Assembly: GCA_965603365.1 (NCBI GenBank)
Contig: CBFDCR010000012.1
Span: 21,935-85,934, forward strand
Direction: 5' to 3'
From: an uncultured bacterium
GTDB lineage: Bacteria > Acidobacteriota > Aminicenantia > UBA2199
DNA: 64,000 nt
The translations under genes and the position numbers were made by a program. This document shows positions 18,093-26,127 of this stretch, piece by piece. The notes under the pieces are model-generated. The model did no database searches and had not been told where the DNA came from. It worked only from the letters and a program-made list of their open reading frames with translations. The stretch's first letter is position 1. Every line of letters begins with the position of its first letter.

Positions 18093-18318
18093 AATGAGGA
18101 GCGGGACGCCGCGCTAAAATTGCTTTTCGAGGCCAGGCAGTTATTGAAACCCCAGAGGAACATGGCCACCGCGCCCTTCAAGATCGCCGAAAATGTAAAA
18201 AAACACCTCGACGCCGCCCTGGCCCACCTGGAGTCTGCCGTCCCCCACCAAACAGCCCTCTCTATCCTGGACGCCCTCCTCCTCATATTCCCCACCCCCA
18301 CCGACTAATTCACTCATC

Positions 18319-18395
18319 TACAATGCAAATTGCAAAATACCCAACAACCAACAGCCAATGGAATCTTTAAGTTCTCATTTTGCAATTTGCCATGT
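18319..18395. repeat. palindromic dispersed element, copy R1 (arms TGCAAATTGCAAAA / TTTTGCAATTTGC, heptamer-repeat core CCAACAA CCAACAG CCAATGG)
   Basis: Inverted arms read directly. Related copies at 44191-44330, 31775-31826 (partial) and 47459-47505 (partial). Confidence 0.7.
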
Positions 18396-18433
18396 ATCTG
18401 GGAAAACCGAAAGGGGACAATTTTCCCCACCCT

Positions 18434-18685
18434 GGTAACCCACAACATTTTGTCGGTACAACGTCTCATTTTGCCGGTACATTACGACAAAACGGCGGTA
18501 CAACACGACAAAGTGGCGGTACAATGTGACATTTGTCCGGTACAATGCGATATTTTTATGGTCCGCGTGATATCTTTGCGGTACAACATGACAGAATGCC
18601 GGTACAATACGATATATTTCCCGTCCCCACGACATTTTACCGGAACAACACCCCATTTTGGCGTTACCACACGCCATATTGAAGG
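18434..18685. repeat. degenerate tandem array A, about 11 units of 21 bp (consensus CGGTACAAYRYGACAWWWTGN)
   Basis: Units start at 18454, 18475, 18496, 18517, 18538, 18579, 18600 and so on. The region is open in several frames on both strands, as expected for a stop-free repeat. Confidence 0.75.
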
Positions 18686-18793
18686 TCCCATTACCCGCGC
18701 CGAGGCAGATTTCCAAAAAATGAGCCGACCACAGATGCGGCATAAAGTAATGTCATACACCGTGTAGGGGAAACAGGGGAAATGGGAAGAGAG

Positions 18794-19042
18794 TTATGGA
18801 CAATAGAAGGTGCACATAGTTATCGTCCAGTAGGTGGGCACGCAGTCGATAATCGTTTCGCAGTAAGGTTCGACGAATGTAATGCAACCGGCTGCTGTAC
18901 ATCTTGGTTCGTTGGTTTGACATTCGATGGGGCAAGTTACTGTAACACGGCCGCCTCTTACTTGACTCAGTTCATCATTACCAAGGTTGGCAATGGTTTT
19001 TTTGTTTAGCACCAGTTTTTTTGAAAACTTTTTTGTCTTCAT
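18794..19042 (-). CDS. RiPP-like precursor peptide 3 (double-glycine leader, 8-Cys 51-aa core), 82 aa
   Basis: MKTKKFSKKLVLNKKTIANLGNDELSQVRGG / RVTVTCPIECQTNEPRCTAAGCITFVEPYCETIIDCVPTYWTITMCTFYCP. SD GGAGGA upstream. The C-terminal CP end resembles peptide 2. Confidence 0.75.
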   Translation of the reverse strand: MKTKKFSKKLVLNKKTIANLGNDELSQVRGGRVTVTCPIECQTNEPRCTAAGCITFVEPYCETIIDCVPTYWTITMCTFYCP

Positions 19043-19138
19043 GGTATTAATCCTCCGTTTTTATATAGTTTGTTTTGTCTAACTTGGCTGCAAAAATCAA
19101 AGGATGCCTTTCTTTTCGACCTTCCTTTTGCATATAAC

Positions 19139-19166
19139 AGTATATGTATTTAACAAAAAAAGTCAA
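19139..19166 (-). promoter_or_regulatory. promoter TTGACTTTTTTTGT...TATACT for precursor 3
   Basis: On the minus strand: TTGACT (19166-19161), 16-nt spacer, TATACT (19144-19139). Shares the TTGACTTTTTTGT -35 block with 17690 and 20388. Confidence 0.5.
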
Positions 19167-19226
19167 TAAGTATTTCTGCATTTTTAATTTTAGAATCTCT
19201 GGGGGACAGCCCAAAAATCGCTTCCC

Positions 19227-19255
19227 TTGACAATTTTGTGATTAAATTCTATACT
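19227..19255 (+). promoter_or_regulatory. consensus promoter TTGACA-17 nt-TATACT
   Basis: TTGACA at 19227-19232 and TATACT at 19250-19255. GGAG at 19262 and ATG at 19272 follow. Confidence 0.5.
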
Positions 19256-19271
19256 ATTGCTGGAGACGACA

Positions 19272-19574
19272 ATGGCAGAAGTTATACGTATCAATGAAAA
19301 TATAAAAGATATTTTATTAAAACATACCCAAAAGCAGACCCCGGAAGAGAGTCTCAATGAGATATTAAAGAATGAAATCCACAGAAAGATTAAGAGATAC
19401 CTTTTGATGGTTAGACATTTTGAGAGGAAATATAATACTGATTTTGACCGCTTTGAGGCGATGAATAAAGACACCAGGATGGATTATGAAACGGAAAAAG
19501 ATTACTTTGACTGGGACATGGCCGTCACTGCCTTAGAAGATTTACATACGGAATTGACCCAACTCCAGCCATAA
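19272..19574 (+). CDS. hypothetical helical protein (antitoxin-like size and charge)
   Basis: 100 aa from ATG 19272 (MAEVIRINENIKD...). No family recognised. Confidence 0.4.
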   Translation: MAEVIRINENIKDILLKHTQKQTPEESLNEILKNEIHRKIKRYLLMVRHFERKYNTDFDRFEAMNKDTRMDYETEKDYFDWDMAVTALEDLHTELTQLQP

Positions 19575-19581
19575 AAAACTT

Positions 19582-19926
19582 TTTGAGGAACCCAAAATAG
19601 TAATAAGACAAACATCAGATAAAATTGTAGCAACATACGATGAAAAACAATTTTATGCCCTGAACAATGTAATTATTTTAAAACTTAATCATAATATAGA
19701 TCTTAATTACAAATTCATTCTCTGATTTCATCAAAGAAATCAAAAATCAAAAGACATCCCTCTCCAAGAAAGAAGAATTTGACTTAATGGGTCTATTTGA
19801 AGAACAAAAGTCCAACACCCTGACCCTCCAAAAGGAAATTGACCAGGTCGACAGAGAAATCGACCAGATGGTATATCAATTATACGGGCTGACCGACCAG
19901 GAGATTAAGATCGTAGAGGAGTCATA
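19582..19926 (+). pseudogene. remnant of the C-terminus of a type IIG / Eco57I-like restriction-modification enzyme (frameshifted, 5'-truncated)
   Basis: Own translation, frame A 19582-19725: FEEPKIVIRQTSDKIVATYDEKQFYALNNVIILKLN... (TaqI-like specificity-domain pattern). Frame B 19727-19926: ...LQKEIDQVDREIDQMVYQLYGLTDQEIKIVEES* (typical C-terminal tail of these enzymes). Confidence 0.6.
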
Positions 19927-19972
19927 ACGCAATTTTCGGTTGTCCCCTATTTTTCGTCCCGAAGTGTCCGTT

Positions 19973-20311
19973 TCCGGACAAAATTTCTCTGATGTCAGAG
20001 AAAATCTTTCCGACGTCAGATAAAATTTCTCCGATGCCGGACAAAATTCTTCCGATGCCAGACAAAATCTTTCTGATGTCAGACAAAATTTCTCCGATGC
20101 CAGATAAAATTTCTCTGACGCCAGACAAAATCTTTCTGATGTCAGACAAAATTTCTCCGATGCCAGACAAAATCTTTCCGACGTCAGACAAAATTTCTCC
20201 GATGCCAGACGAAATTCCTCTGATGCCAGACAAAATCTTTCTGATGATGTCAGACAAAATTTCTCCGATGCCAGACAAATTTTGTCCGATAACGGACACC
20301 ATTTATCCGTC
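19973..20311. repeat. tandem array B, 16 units of 21 bp (G[TC]CAGACAAAAT[CT]T[TC]TC[CT]GA[TC]) with 42-bp alternation
   Basis: Units counted by hand from 19973 (one 24-bp unit at 20225). Alternating variants are GTCAGACAAAATTTCTCCGAT and GCCAGACAAAATCTTTCTGAT. Confidence 0.9.
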
Positions 20312-20387
20312 GTCGTCGAGTAACATTTACTCGTGGTTGGCAATCACCTCTTAGCAATAACTACTTGAGGATGCCGCCTCAATGCTC

Positions 20388-20416
20388 TTGACTTTTTTGT
20401 TATGGTTCTATACAAT
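20388..20416 (+). promoter_or_regulatory. promoter TTGACTTTTTTGT...TACAAT for the propeller/rSAM gene string
   Basis: TTGACT at 20388-20393, 17-nt spacer, TACAAT at 20411-20416. ATG 20422 begins 6 nt after the -10 box. Confidence 0.5.
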
Positions 20417-20421
20417 ATGAA

Positions 20422-21471
20422 ATGATAGAAAAGAGGGTTCCGTGCATTGAGGAGTGGGAGGTATTGCCCAAAGCTGGGGCGTTTTATAAGAGAGTCACTG
20501 TGTTTATCCTGTTTGCGGTATTACTTCACTGTGCCTTTTATGCCAGCCAGGTGGATTTGCCGGAAGTATTGGCCCCTGCCTCTATCCATGTATACGGCGG
20601 CCGAATGTTCATTGCCGAAGCCGCGGCCATTCACATTTACTCGTTGAAGGACTTTAAACAGATAAAGCAATTTGGTCGGCAGGGTACGGGGCCGGGTGAG
20701 TTTTTCCGGGATACCAGACTCACCGTTTTCCCGGAGAGACTCGTGGTAAACACCTTTGGAAAACTGATCTTTTTTTCCCATGATGGCCTGTTGATGGAAG
20801 AGCACAAAAAAGCCGTTGAAATTATGTGGATATATCCGGTTGGCGATTGTTTTGTGGGGTCTGAGTTTGTACCCAGGGTTCAGAAAATCAACATCTATGA
20901 TGGAAATTTTCATCGTGTAAAAAATATCTTCGAGGGCTCGATCGGCTGGGTCTCATATTTCGAGAGCGGAACCGCAAAACAGGACCTCATTATGGTCAAG
21001 GATTACGCTGCACCGCATGTTTATAAAGATAAGATCTATATTTTTGATTCATCGAAGGGTTTCTTCTTTGCTGTTTTTGACAGCAGTGGAAAGAAGATTT
21101 TTGAGAAGAACATAGAGTATAAACCGCCGAAGGTCAGCGCCGACTACAAGAAGGAGAGGTTGAGACGGCTGGAAGAATCCCCCTGGTTCAAGAGTAGCAA
21201 AGATAGGTTTAATCCTGTATTCCCCGATTTCTTCCCTCCATACCGGTCGGTACGAATTTCAGATGACAGGATATACTTCGTTACTTATCTAAACATCGAC
21301 AATAAAGATGAAGTCGTCGTCACCGATTTAGAGGGCAATCTCATAAAGAAAACGTACATCCCCGCCACCCTTTACGACAAATACATCTTTACCATCAGCG
21401 GCAATAAGGTATACTCTCTAATTGAAGACGACAAAGAAGAATTATGGCAATTACTCATAGGAGATTTATAG
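20422..21471 (+). CDS. six-bladed beta-propeller-like exported protein (paralogue of 29758-30759)
   Basis: FGRQGTGPGEF motif and repeated beta-strand pattern; hydrophobic N-terminal segment VTVFILFAVLLHCAFYA. An alternative start is TTG 20464, preceded by GGAGTGGGAGG. Confidence 0.6.
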   Translation: MIEKRVPCIEEWEVLPKAGAFYKRVTVFILFAVLLHCAFYASQVDLPEVLAPASIHVYGGRMFIAEAAAIHIYSLKDFKQIKQFGRQGTGPGEFFRDTRLTVFPERLVVNTFGKLIFFSHDGLLMEEHKKAVEIMWIYPVGDCFVGSEFVPRVQKINIYDGNFHRVKNIFEGSIGWVSYFESGTAKQDLIMVKDYAAPHVYKDKIYIFDSSKGFFFAVFDSSGKKIFEKNIEYKPPKVSADYKKERLRRLEESPWFKSSKDRFNPVFPDFFPPYRSVRISDDRIYFVTYLNIDNKDEVVVTDLEGNLIKKTYIPATLYDKYIFTISGNKVYSLIEDDKEELWQLLIGDL

Positions 21472-21487
21472 GAAAAAGGAGGCATCG

Positions 21488-21673
21488 ATGATAAAAAATT
21501 TCTTTGGAGGAGTTGAAGAGCCGATGACCCCGGAGTCGGTTACCCTGGGTTGTGGTTGTTGGTGCAGTTGCGAAGGGGCCTGTGGCGATCAAAACGGCAA
21601 TAGTACCAGCATGACTGATTTGAATTGCTCACCGTTTCCTAAAGTTGCAATTATTTTGCCACCCCCAGCTTAA
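21488..21673 (+). CDS. Cys-rich small peptide, candidate rSAM/SPASM substrate
   Basis: MIKNFFGGVEEPMTPESVTLGCGCWCSCEGACGDQNGNSTSMTDLNCSPFPKVAIILPPPA. Strong SD AAAGGAGG 5 nt upstream. Lies 51 nt upstream of the rSAM/SPASM gene. Confidence 0.6.
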   Translation: MIKNFFGGVEEPMTPESVTLGCGCWCSCEGACGDQNGNSTSMTDLNCSPFPKVAIILPPPA

Positions 21674-21724
21674 ACTCAGATTCATTTGTTGTAAATCTAA
21701 GGCGACGAATAACAAAATCAACTT

Positions 21725-23311
21725 ATGCCACCACATCATATGAAAGTACTGGAAAGCAAAAATAAAGATAATGCTGACCCTCAGATTTGGGCCAAACTCT
21801 TTGAAATTAACGAGAAAAGATATTGTTACGATGTGGGGACTAACCATATTATGGAAGTTGATGATGTCTTGTATGAGGTCTTGAAAAAATACAATTATTC
21901 CAATAAAAAGAGGATAGCCGCAGATTTGTCATCCAGATATTCGGTTGAGGATATTGAAAGAGCGGTTGGCGCGGTGGACGAATTCAGCCAGGCCAAAGGG
22001 GGATTTATACTTCAAAAAAGGATTCGTCTGGCGTTTCCTTTCAGCCAGCGTGAATATAAGTTTCTTCTGGAACATTTTCTCAGTCATCTGATTTTGAATA
22101 TTACAGAAGACTGCAATTTACGTTGTAAATACTGTGCGTTCAGTGGGAGTTATAAATATAGAAGGACTCACAAAAAAGTTTCGATGCCATGGCCGGTTAT
22201 TCAGAAGGCAGTTGATTTCTTTATCCCCCGAACCGTTTTGAGGATAAATGAATTAAAGAGGCCTGTGTCTTTTGGCTTTTATGGAGGAGAGCCCCTATTG
22301 GAGCCAGGGAAAATGTTCAAAACGGTGGAATACGTTCGGCACAGATGGCCGGATATTTTCCCTGAGATTAATTTTGCCATCACCACAAATGGGACTTTGC
22401 TTTCCCGAGAAATAATTGACCCATTAATAAAGTATAATTTTGGGATTACTATAAGTCTGGATGGTTACAAGGAGTTACACGATAAGAGCCGCATTTTTAT
22501 GAAGGGAGGGGGAACGTACGACATAATAATGAAAAACATTGATTTAATTAAAAAAATTGACCGTGAGTATTTCAGACAAAGAGTATTTTTTGCTGGGGCC
22601 ATGTCCCCCCCATATGATCTTCACGGAATACTTGAATATTTTCGCAGGGAGTTCCCAAACCAGGAGATCCCAAATGTGTATAGCCTGGTGGATGAATTTG
22701 ACACCGATTTTTTCGATAATTTCGATATGGATGAAGAGAATAGAAAATATGCACAGCAATCCTTTGAAGCCAGATGTGAATTTATAAAGAAAAAAATGGA
22801 AGGTGAGGATGATCCCATATTATCTGGTTTTATTCAAGATAATACAATGGACATCCATAACAGGAAACTTTTCAGTCTCCCGGAAGCGACATATCCCAAT
22901 GGTTGTTGCCCCCCAGGATTAAAAAAACTTTTTGTGGACACGGAAGGAAGATTTCATGTATGTGAGAGGGTGAATTCATATTTTAGCATTGGAGATCTGG
23001 ATAATGGATTTGATATCCCCAAAATATTCGATCTAATAGACGGATACTCAAAAGCAGCCGATCACTGGAAATATTGCTGGGCGATCAGGTTTTGCAACTC
23101 TTGTTTTGTCTCCGTTATTGAGGGCGATCATTTCTCAAGGGAGAGAAAAAAGACAATGTGTGAGAGAACAAAAGGCGACATCTTAAGTCGGCTGGTTACG
23201 TATGTCTATCTGGCGGAGCATAATCCCCGACTATTTGATAAAAAGTATTTCAGAGGGGAAGATACGGTGGGGGATCTGGTAAAATACCTCCAGCAGAATA
23301 AGTTACATTAA
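21725..23311 (+). CDS. radical SAM/SPASM-type peptide-modifying enzyme
   Basis: ITEDCNLRCKYCAF (CxxxCxxC), FYGGEPLL, and a C-terminal Cys cluster (CCPPG...GRFHVCERV...CWAIRFCNSC) like the SPASM auxiliary-cluster domain. About 100-aa N-terminal extension. Confidence 0.8.
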   Translation: MPPHHMKVLESKNKDNADPQIWAKLFEINEKRYCYDVGTNHIMEVDDVLYEVLKKYNYSNKKRIAADLSSRYSVEDIERAVGAVDEFSQAKGGFILQKRIRLAFPFSQREYKFLLEHFLSHLILNITEDCNLRCKYCAFSGSYKYRRTHKKVSMPWPVIQKAVDFFIPRTVLRINELKRPVSFGFYGGEPLLEPGKMFKTVEYVRHRWPDIFPEINFAITTNGTLLSREIIDPLIKYNFGITISLDGYKELHDKSRIFMKGGGTYDIIMKNIDLIKKIDREYFRQRVFFAGAMSPPYDLHGILEYFRREFPNQEIPNVYSLVDEFDTDFFDNFDMDEENRKYAQQSFEARCEFIKKKMEGEDDPILSGFIQDNTMDIHNRKLFSLPEATYPNGCCPPGLKKLFVDTEGRFHVCERVNSYFSIGDLDNGFDIPKIFDLIDGYSKAADHWKYCWAIRFCNSCFVSVIEGDHFSRERKKTMCERTKGDILSRLVTYVYLAEHNPRLFDKKYFRGEDTVGDLVKYLQQNKLH

Positions 23312-23375
23312 TCGTGAATCCCGAAATAACGATCAATAGATCTCAAAATCATAGAATAGTTTAAAGAGGTTGACG

Positions 23376-25256
23376 ATGCCCAAAGATGGGATAAAACGAA
23401 TAGTGATGCATTGGATGCCGCCGGCAATGATTACGACCCCTTCCCTTTCCTACTCTATATTAAAAAGTTTCATGAATCAGCATGGGTATGATAGCGAGAT
23501 TATTTATTGGAATCAGTTGATATTTAAAATCATGAGACCATTCTTTTATGGTGGGAGGCTTCAAGATTCTGCTGTAGACAATTTATTTCTTGCACCCTTT
23601 TTATTGGAGATTTCGGATAAGTACAGTGACACCCTTAAAAAGAAAAGGGTTTTATCTTTTTTGCGGAGTAATTTATTGAAATTTACAATCAAGGAGGATG
23701 AAGTCGAAGAATATATTTGGGATATTAGGGGAAAAATCGGGCGCTTAGTGGATTCCATTCTGGCTGAGATGGAGGCCGAGAATATTTTCCTGTTCGGATT
23801 TTCCAGTAAATTTTTTCAATGGCTCCCCGGCATGTTACTGGCGGAAAAGTTAAAAGAAAAGTTCCCCGGGATTAAAATAGTAATTGGCGGGTTTGGAGAT
23901 CAGAACGCAGCCCGAGAAATACTTCACCTGTGTCGATATTTTGATTTTGCCGTGTGGGGGGAGGGGGAATATCCACTTCTCGGACTCTGCCAGCGATTGG
24001 AAGATGGTGGCAATCGTTTCGAGTCGATCCCCCGGTTGTTATATTGGGGGCAAGGGGAGGAGATTAAGGCCACCTCATCCCGCAGCCGCTATTTAAATTT
24101 TGATAACTATATGTATCCTGACTTTTCAGATTTTATCGAATCTTATAACAATGAAGAATTGAGAAAAAATATTTACTTTCCCATTGAATCCTCCAGGGGC
24201 TGCCACTGGAACCGCTGTAAATTTTGTACTTTGAATGTGGGGTATAAATACAGAACCCGATCCCCCGAAAGTATTGTTCGGGAGATTGAATTTATGTTTG
24301 ATAAACATAAAATACACCGTTTTCGATTTGCAGACAACGATATTGTGGGAAAGAGCATAGGGCAGTTTGAAAGATTACTGGAGATGGTCACTGCATCATC
24401 ATTGAGAAATCGGGTCAAGTATGACCTCTATGCAGAGATTGTCCACCACGGATTCAATTCCCGGCTTATAAAAAAAATGGCAGTCGCGGGTTTTACCCAC
24501 GTTCAGATCGGCTACGAAGCCATTACCGATGGCTTGTTGAAAAAGATTGATAAAAAAGCAGATTTCGCCGATCATATCCTTTTTGTAAAATTCGCTTCAA
24601 AATATGGAATTTCTATAACCGGAGCCAACATCTTACGGGGGATTATCGGCGAGACCGAAGACGACGTTCTGGAAGGTATTCATGATTTGACATTTCTAAG
24701 ATTCTTTTTAAAAGATGCACCTATTCAGTTTTATCATTATATAAGTGAGCTGCGACTTTCTGGAGGGAGCCGGTTTTTCCAGATGTTGAGCCTGGAAGAG
24801 CGTAAAAAATGGAACGCTAGCGCCATGACTTATTTTATCCCCCAGTGGTTCATCGTGAAAGATAACGATCGACGTTTTGGGCTGTTTTCCTTTTCCAGGG
24901 AGTTGGATAATAAAGTCGAATGGGAAAATTTTGAAAAGTTAAATAACTTTCTCGAAAAAACCGAGGTAACGTATCAAATACTTGAAAATAACGGGATTTA
25001 TTATTACAGTGAATTCATGGCCGGGAAGCGGGTGAATTATATCGTGTTCGATGAACCGGAATATTGGCAGGTATTAAAAGCTGCCAACAACGAGGTAAAA
25101 TCTTTTAAAGAAATATTCGCCGAAGTCAAGACAAAATTCCCCGGTATTATCGAAAAATATCTGGTTGAGATTATTGAAAAACTAAAAAATGATTTTTTGA
25201 TTTACTCCAACAAAGATTTAACGAGAATTGTATCAGTCATGGACACCGGTGAATAG
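23376..25256 (+). CDS. B12-binding-domain radical SAM protein (RiPP-maturation rSAM type)
   Basis: N-terminal Rossmann-like region, then ESSRGCHWNRCKFCTL (CxxxCxxC variant typical of class B rSAM). ATG 23376 follows AAGAGG; the track starts at TTG 23370. Confidence 0.75.
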   Translation: MPKDGIKRIVMHWMPPAMITTPSLSYSILKSFMNQHGYDSEIIYWNQLIFKIMRPFFYGGRLQDSAVDNLFLAPFLLEISDKYSDTLKKKRVLSFLRSNLLKFTIKEDEVEEYIWDIRGKIGRLVDSILAEMEAENIFLFGFSSKFFQWLPGMLLAEKLKEKFPGIKIVIGGFGDQNAAREILHLCRYFDFAVWGEGEYPLLGLCQRLEDGGNRFESIPRLLYWGQGEEIKATSSRSRYLNFDNYMYPDFSDFIESYNNEELRKNIYFPIESSRGCHWNRCKFCTLNVGYKYRTRSPESIVREIEFMFDKHKIHRFRFADNDIVGKSIGQFERLLEMVTASSLRNRVKYDLYAEIVHHGFNSRLIKKMAVAGFTHVQIGYEAITDGLLKKIDKKADFADHILFVKFASKYGISITGANILRGIIGETEDDVLEGIHDLTFLRFFLKDAPIQFYHYISELRLSGGSRFFQMLSLEERKKWNASAMTYFIPQWFIVKDNDRRFGLFSFSRELDNKVEWENFEKLNNFLEKTEVTYQILENNGIYYYSEFMAGKRVNYIVFDEPEYWQVLKAANNEVKSFKEIFAEVKTKFPGIIEKYLVEIIEKLKNDFLIYSNKDLTRIVSVMDTGE

Positions 25257-25359
25257 CGAAGGGTGGGGGAGGAGTCGGATTTGTTGACATGGGGGGGGAA
25301 TTAATTTAAAATTTGTTTTGGTGTGAAATTGTTTTAATAAGTAGAGGTTGAAGCGGTCT

Positions 25360-26100
25360 ATGAGAAGTGTGGTTCAGGTAATAAAAAAGTCGGGTTCGTC
25401 GAAACAGATGGTGATGTTTCCCTTTGGGGGCGGCAGCGGCTATTCGTTTATGGAACTGGTCAAGGAGATTACGGCGGATGCCGAAGTCATCGTGATCAAT
25501 CCGCCGGGTCACATGTTCAACAACGGCAAGCCCCTGGAGAGTATCGATGCCATGGCCTATCTCTATTCAAGGGAACTCCTCCCTCTTTTAAAAGAGAACT
25601 GCCTGTTTTTCGGCCACAGCATCGGCGCACTGGTAGCCTATGAGATGTGCCGGGACTTAGAACGGAAACTGAATATTAAGAAACTGATCATCTCCAGTGT
25701 CAATCCCCCCCACTGTGTGATGGCTGAGGTGGATATGCATTCCGGCATGGATACGCCGCAGTTGATTCAAAAATCGATAAAAATGGGCGGCATGCCGGAG
25801 ATCTTCAAGGAAGATTCCGATCTGCTGGAGAAGTTCATCGCCGGTTTGAGGGCGGATTTGAAGGCCCTGGAGAGATATGACGGCGGTAAATGGGCCGATG
25901 CCGGTAAAATAGGGACCGGCGGCCTGGTATTATACAGCGACGGGGATTATATTGTCGATCCGCTGAAGGTAAGAGAGTGGAACCGGTACCTGGATTGTTC
26001 AGATTTCGTCCAATTTTCCGGCGACCACTTCTACCTGTTCGAGCCGGCCAATCTAAAAGCGGTGGCCCGGCTGCTATCTACCCAGATCAATATGGGGTAG
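25360..26100 (+). CDS. type II thioesterase-like alpha/beta hydrolase
   Basis: MVMFPFGGGSGYSF (like FPYAGG), nucleophile elbow GHSIGA, C-terminal GDHFYL (His). Start uncertain (TTG 25348, ATG 25360 or ATG 25408). Confidence 0.7.
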   Translation: MRSVVQVIKKSGSSKQMVMFPFGGGSGYSFMELVKEITADAEVIVINPPGHMFNNGKPLESIDAMAYLYSRELLPLLKENCLFFGHSIGALVAYEMCRDLERKLNIKKLIISSVNPPHCVMAEVDMHSGMDTPQLIQKSIKMGGMPEIFKEDSDLLEKFIAGLRADLKALERYDGGKWADAGKIGTGGLVLYSDGDYIVDPLKVREWNRYLDCSDFVQFSGDHFYLFEPANLKAVARLLSTQINMG

Positions 26101-26127
26101 ACCGCTTCACCATAAGGGAAGGTAAAC

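Noticed and set aside
18330-18767. Track ORFs 18330-18767(+), 18375-18743(-) and 18482-18760(-)
   Set aside because: These are mutually overlapping frames across repeat R1 and array A. They are open because the repeat lacks stops, and their products have no recognisable features.
19973-20311. Possible CRISPR array (regular short repeats)
   Set aside because: The units are contiguous 21-mers with no unique spacers between them and no cas genes nearby. This is a tandem or satellite-type repeat, not a CRISPR. The same applies to array A at 18434-18685.
19876-20354. Track ORFs 19876-20343(-), 19922-20302(-) and 19992-20354(+) as protein-coding genes
   Set aside because: All three lie entirely within the stop-free 21-bp array and overlap each other in different frames. 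Their products are pure heptad repeats. There is no SD or independent support, so they were not annotated as CDS. Translation is not formally excluded.
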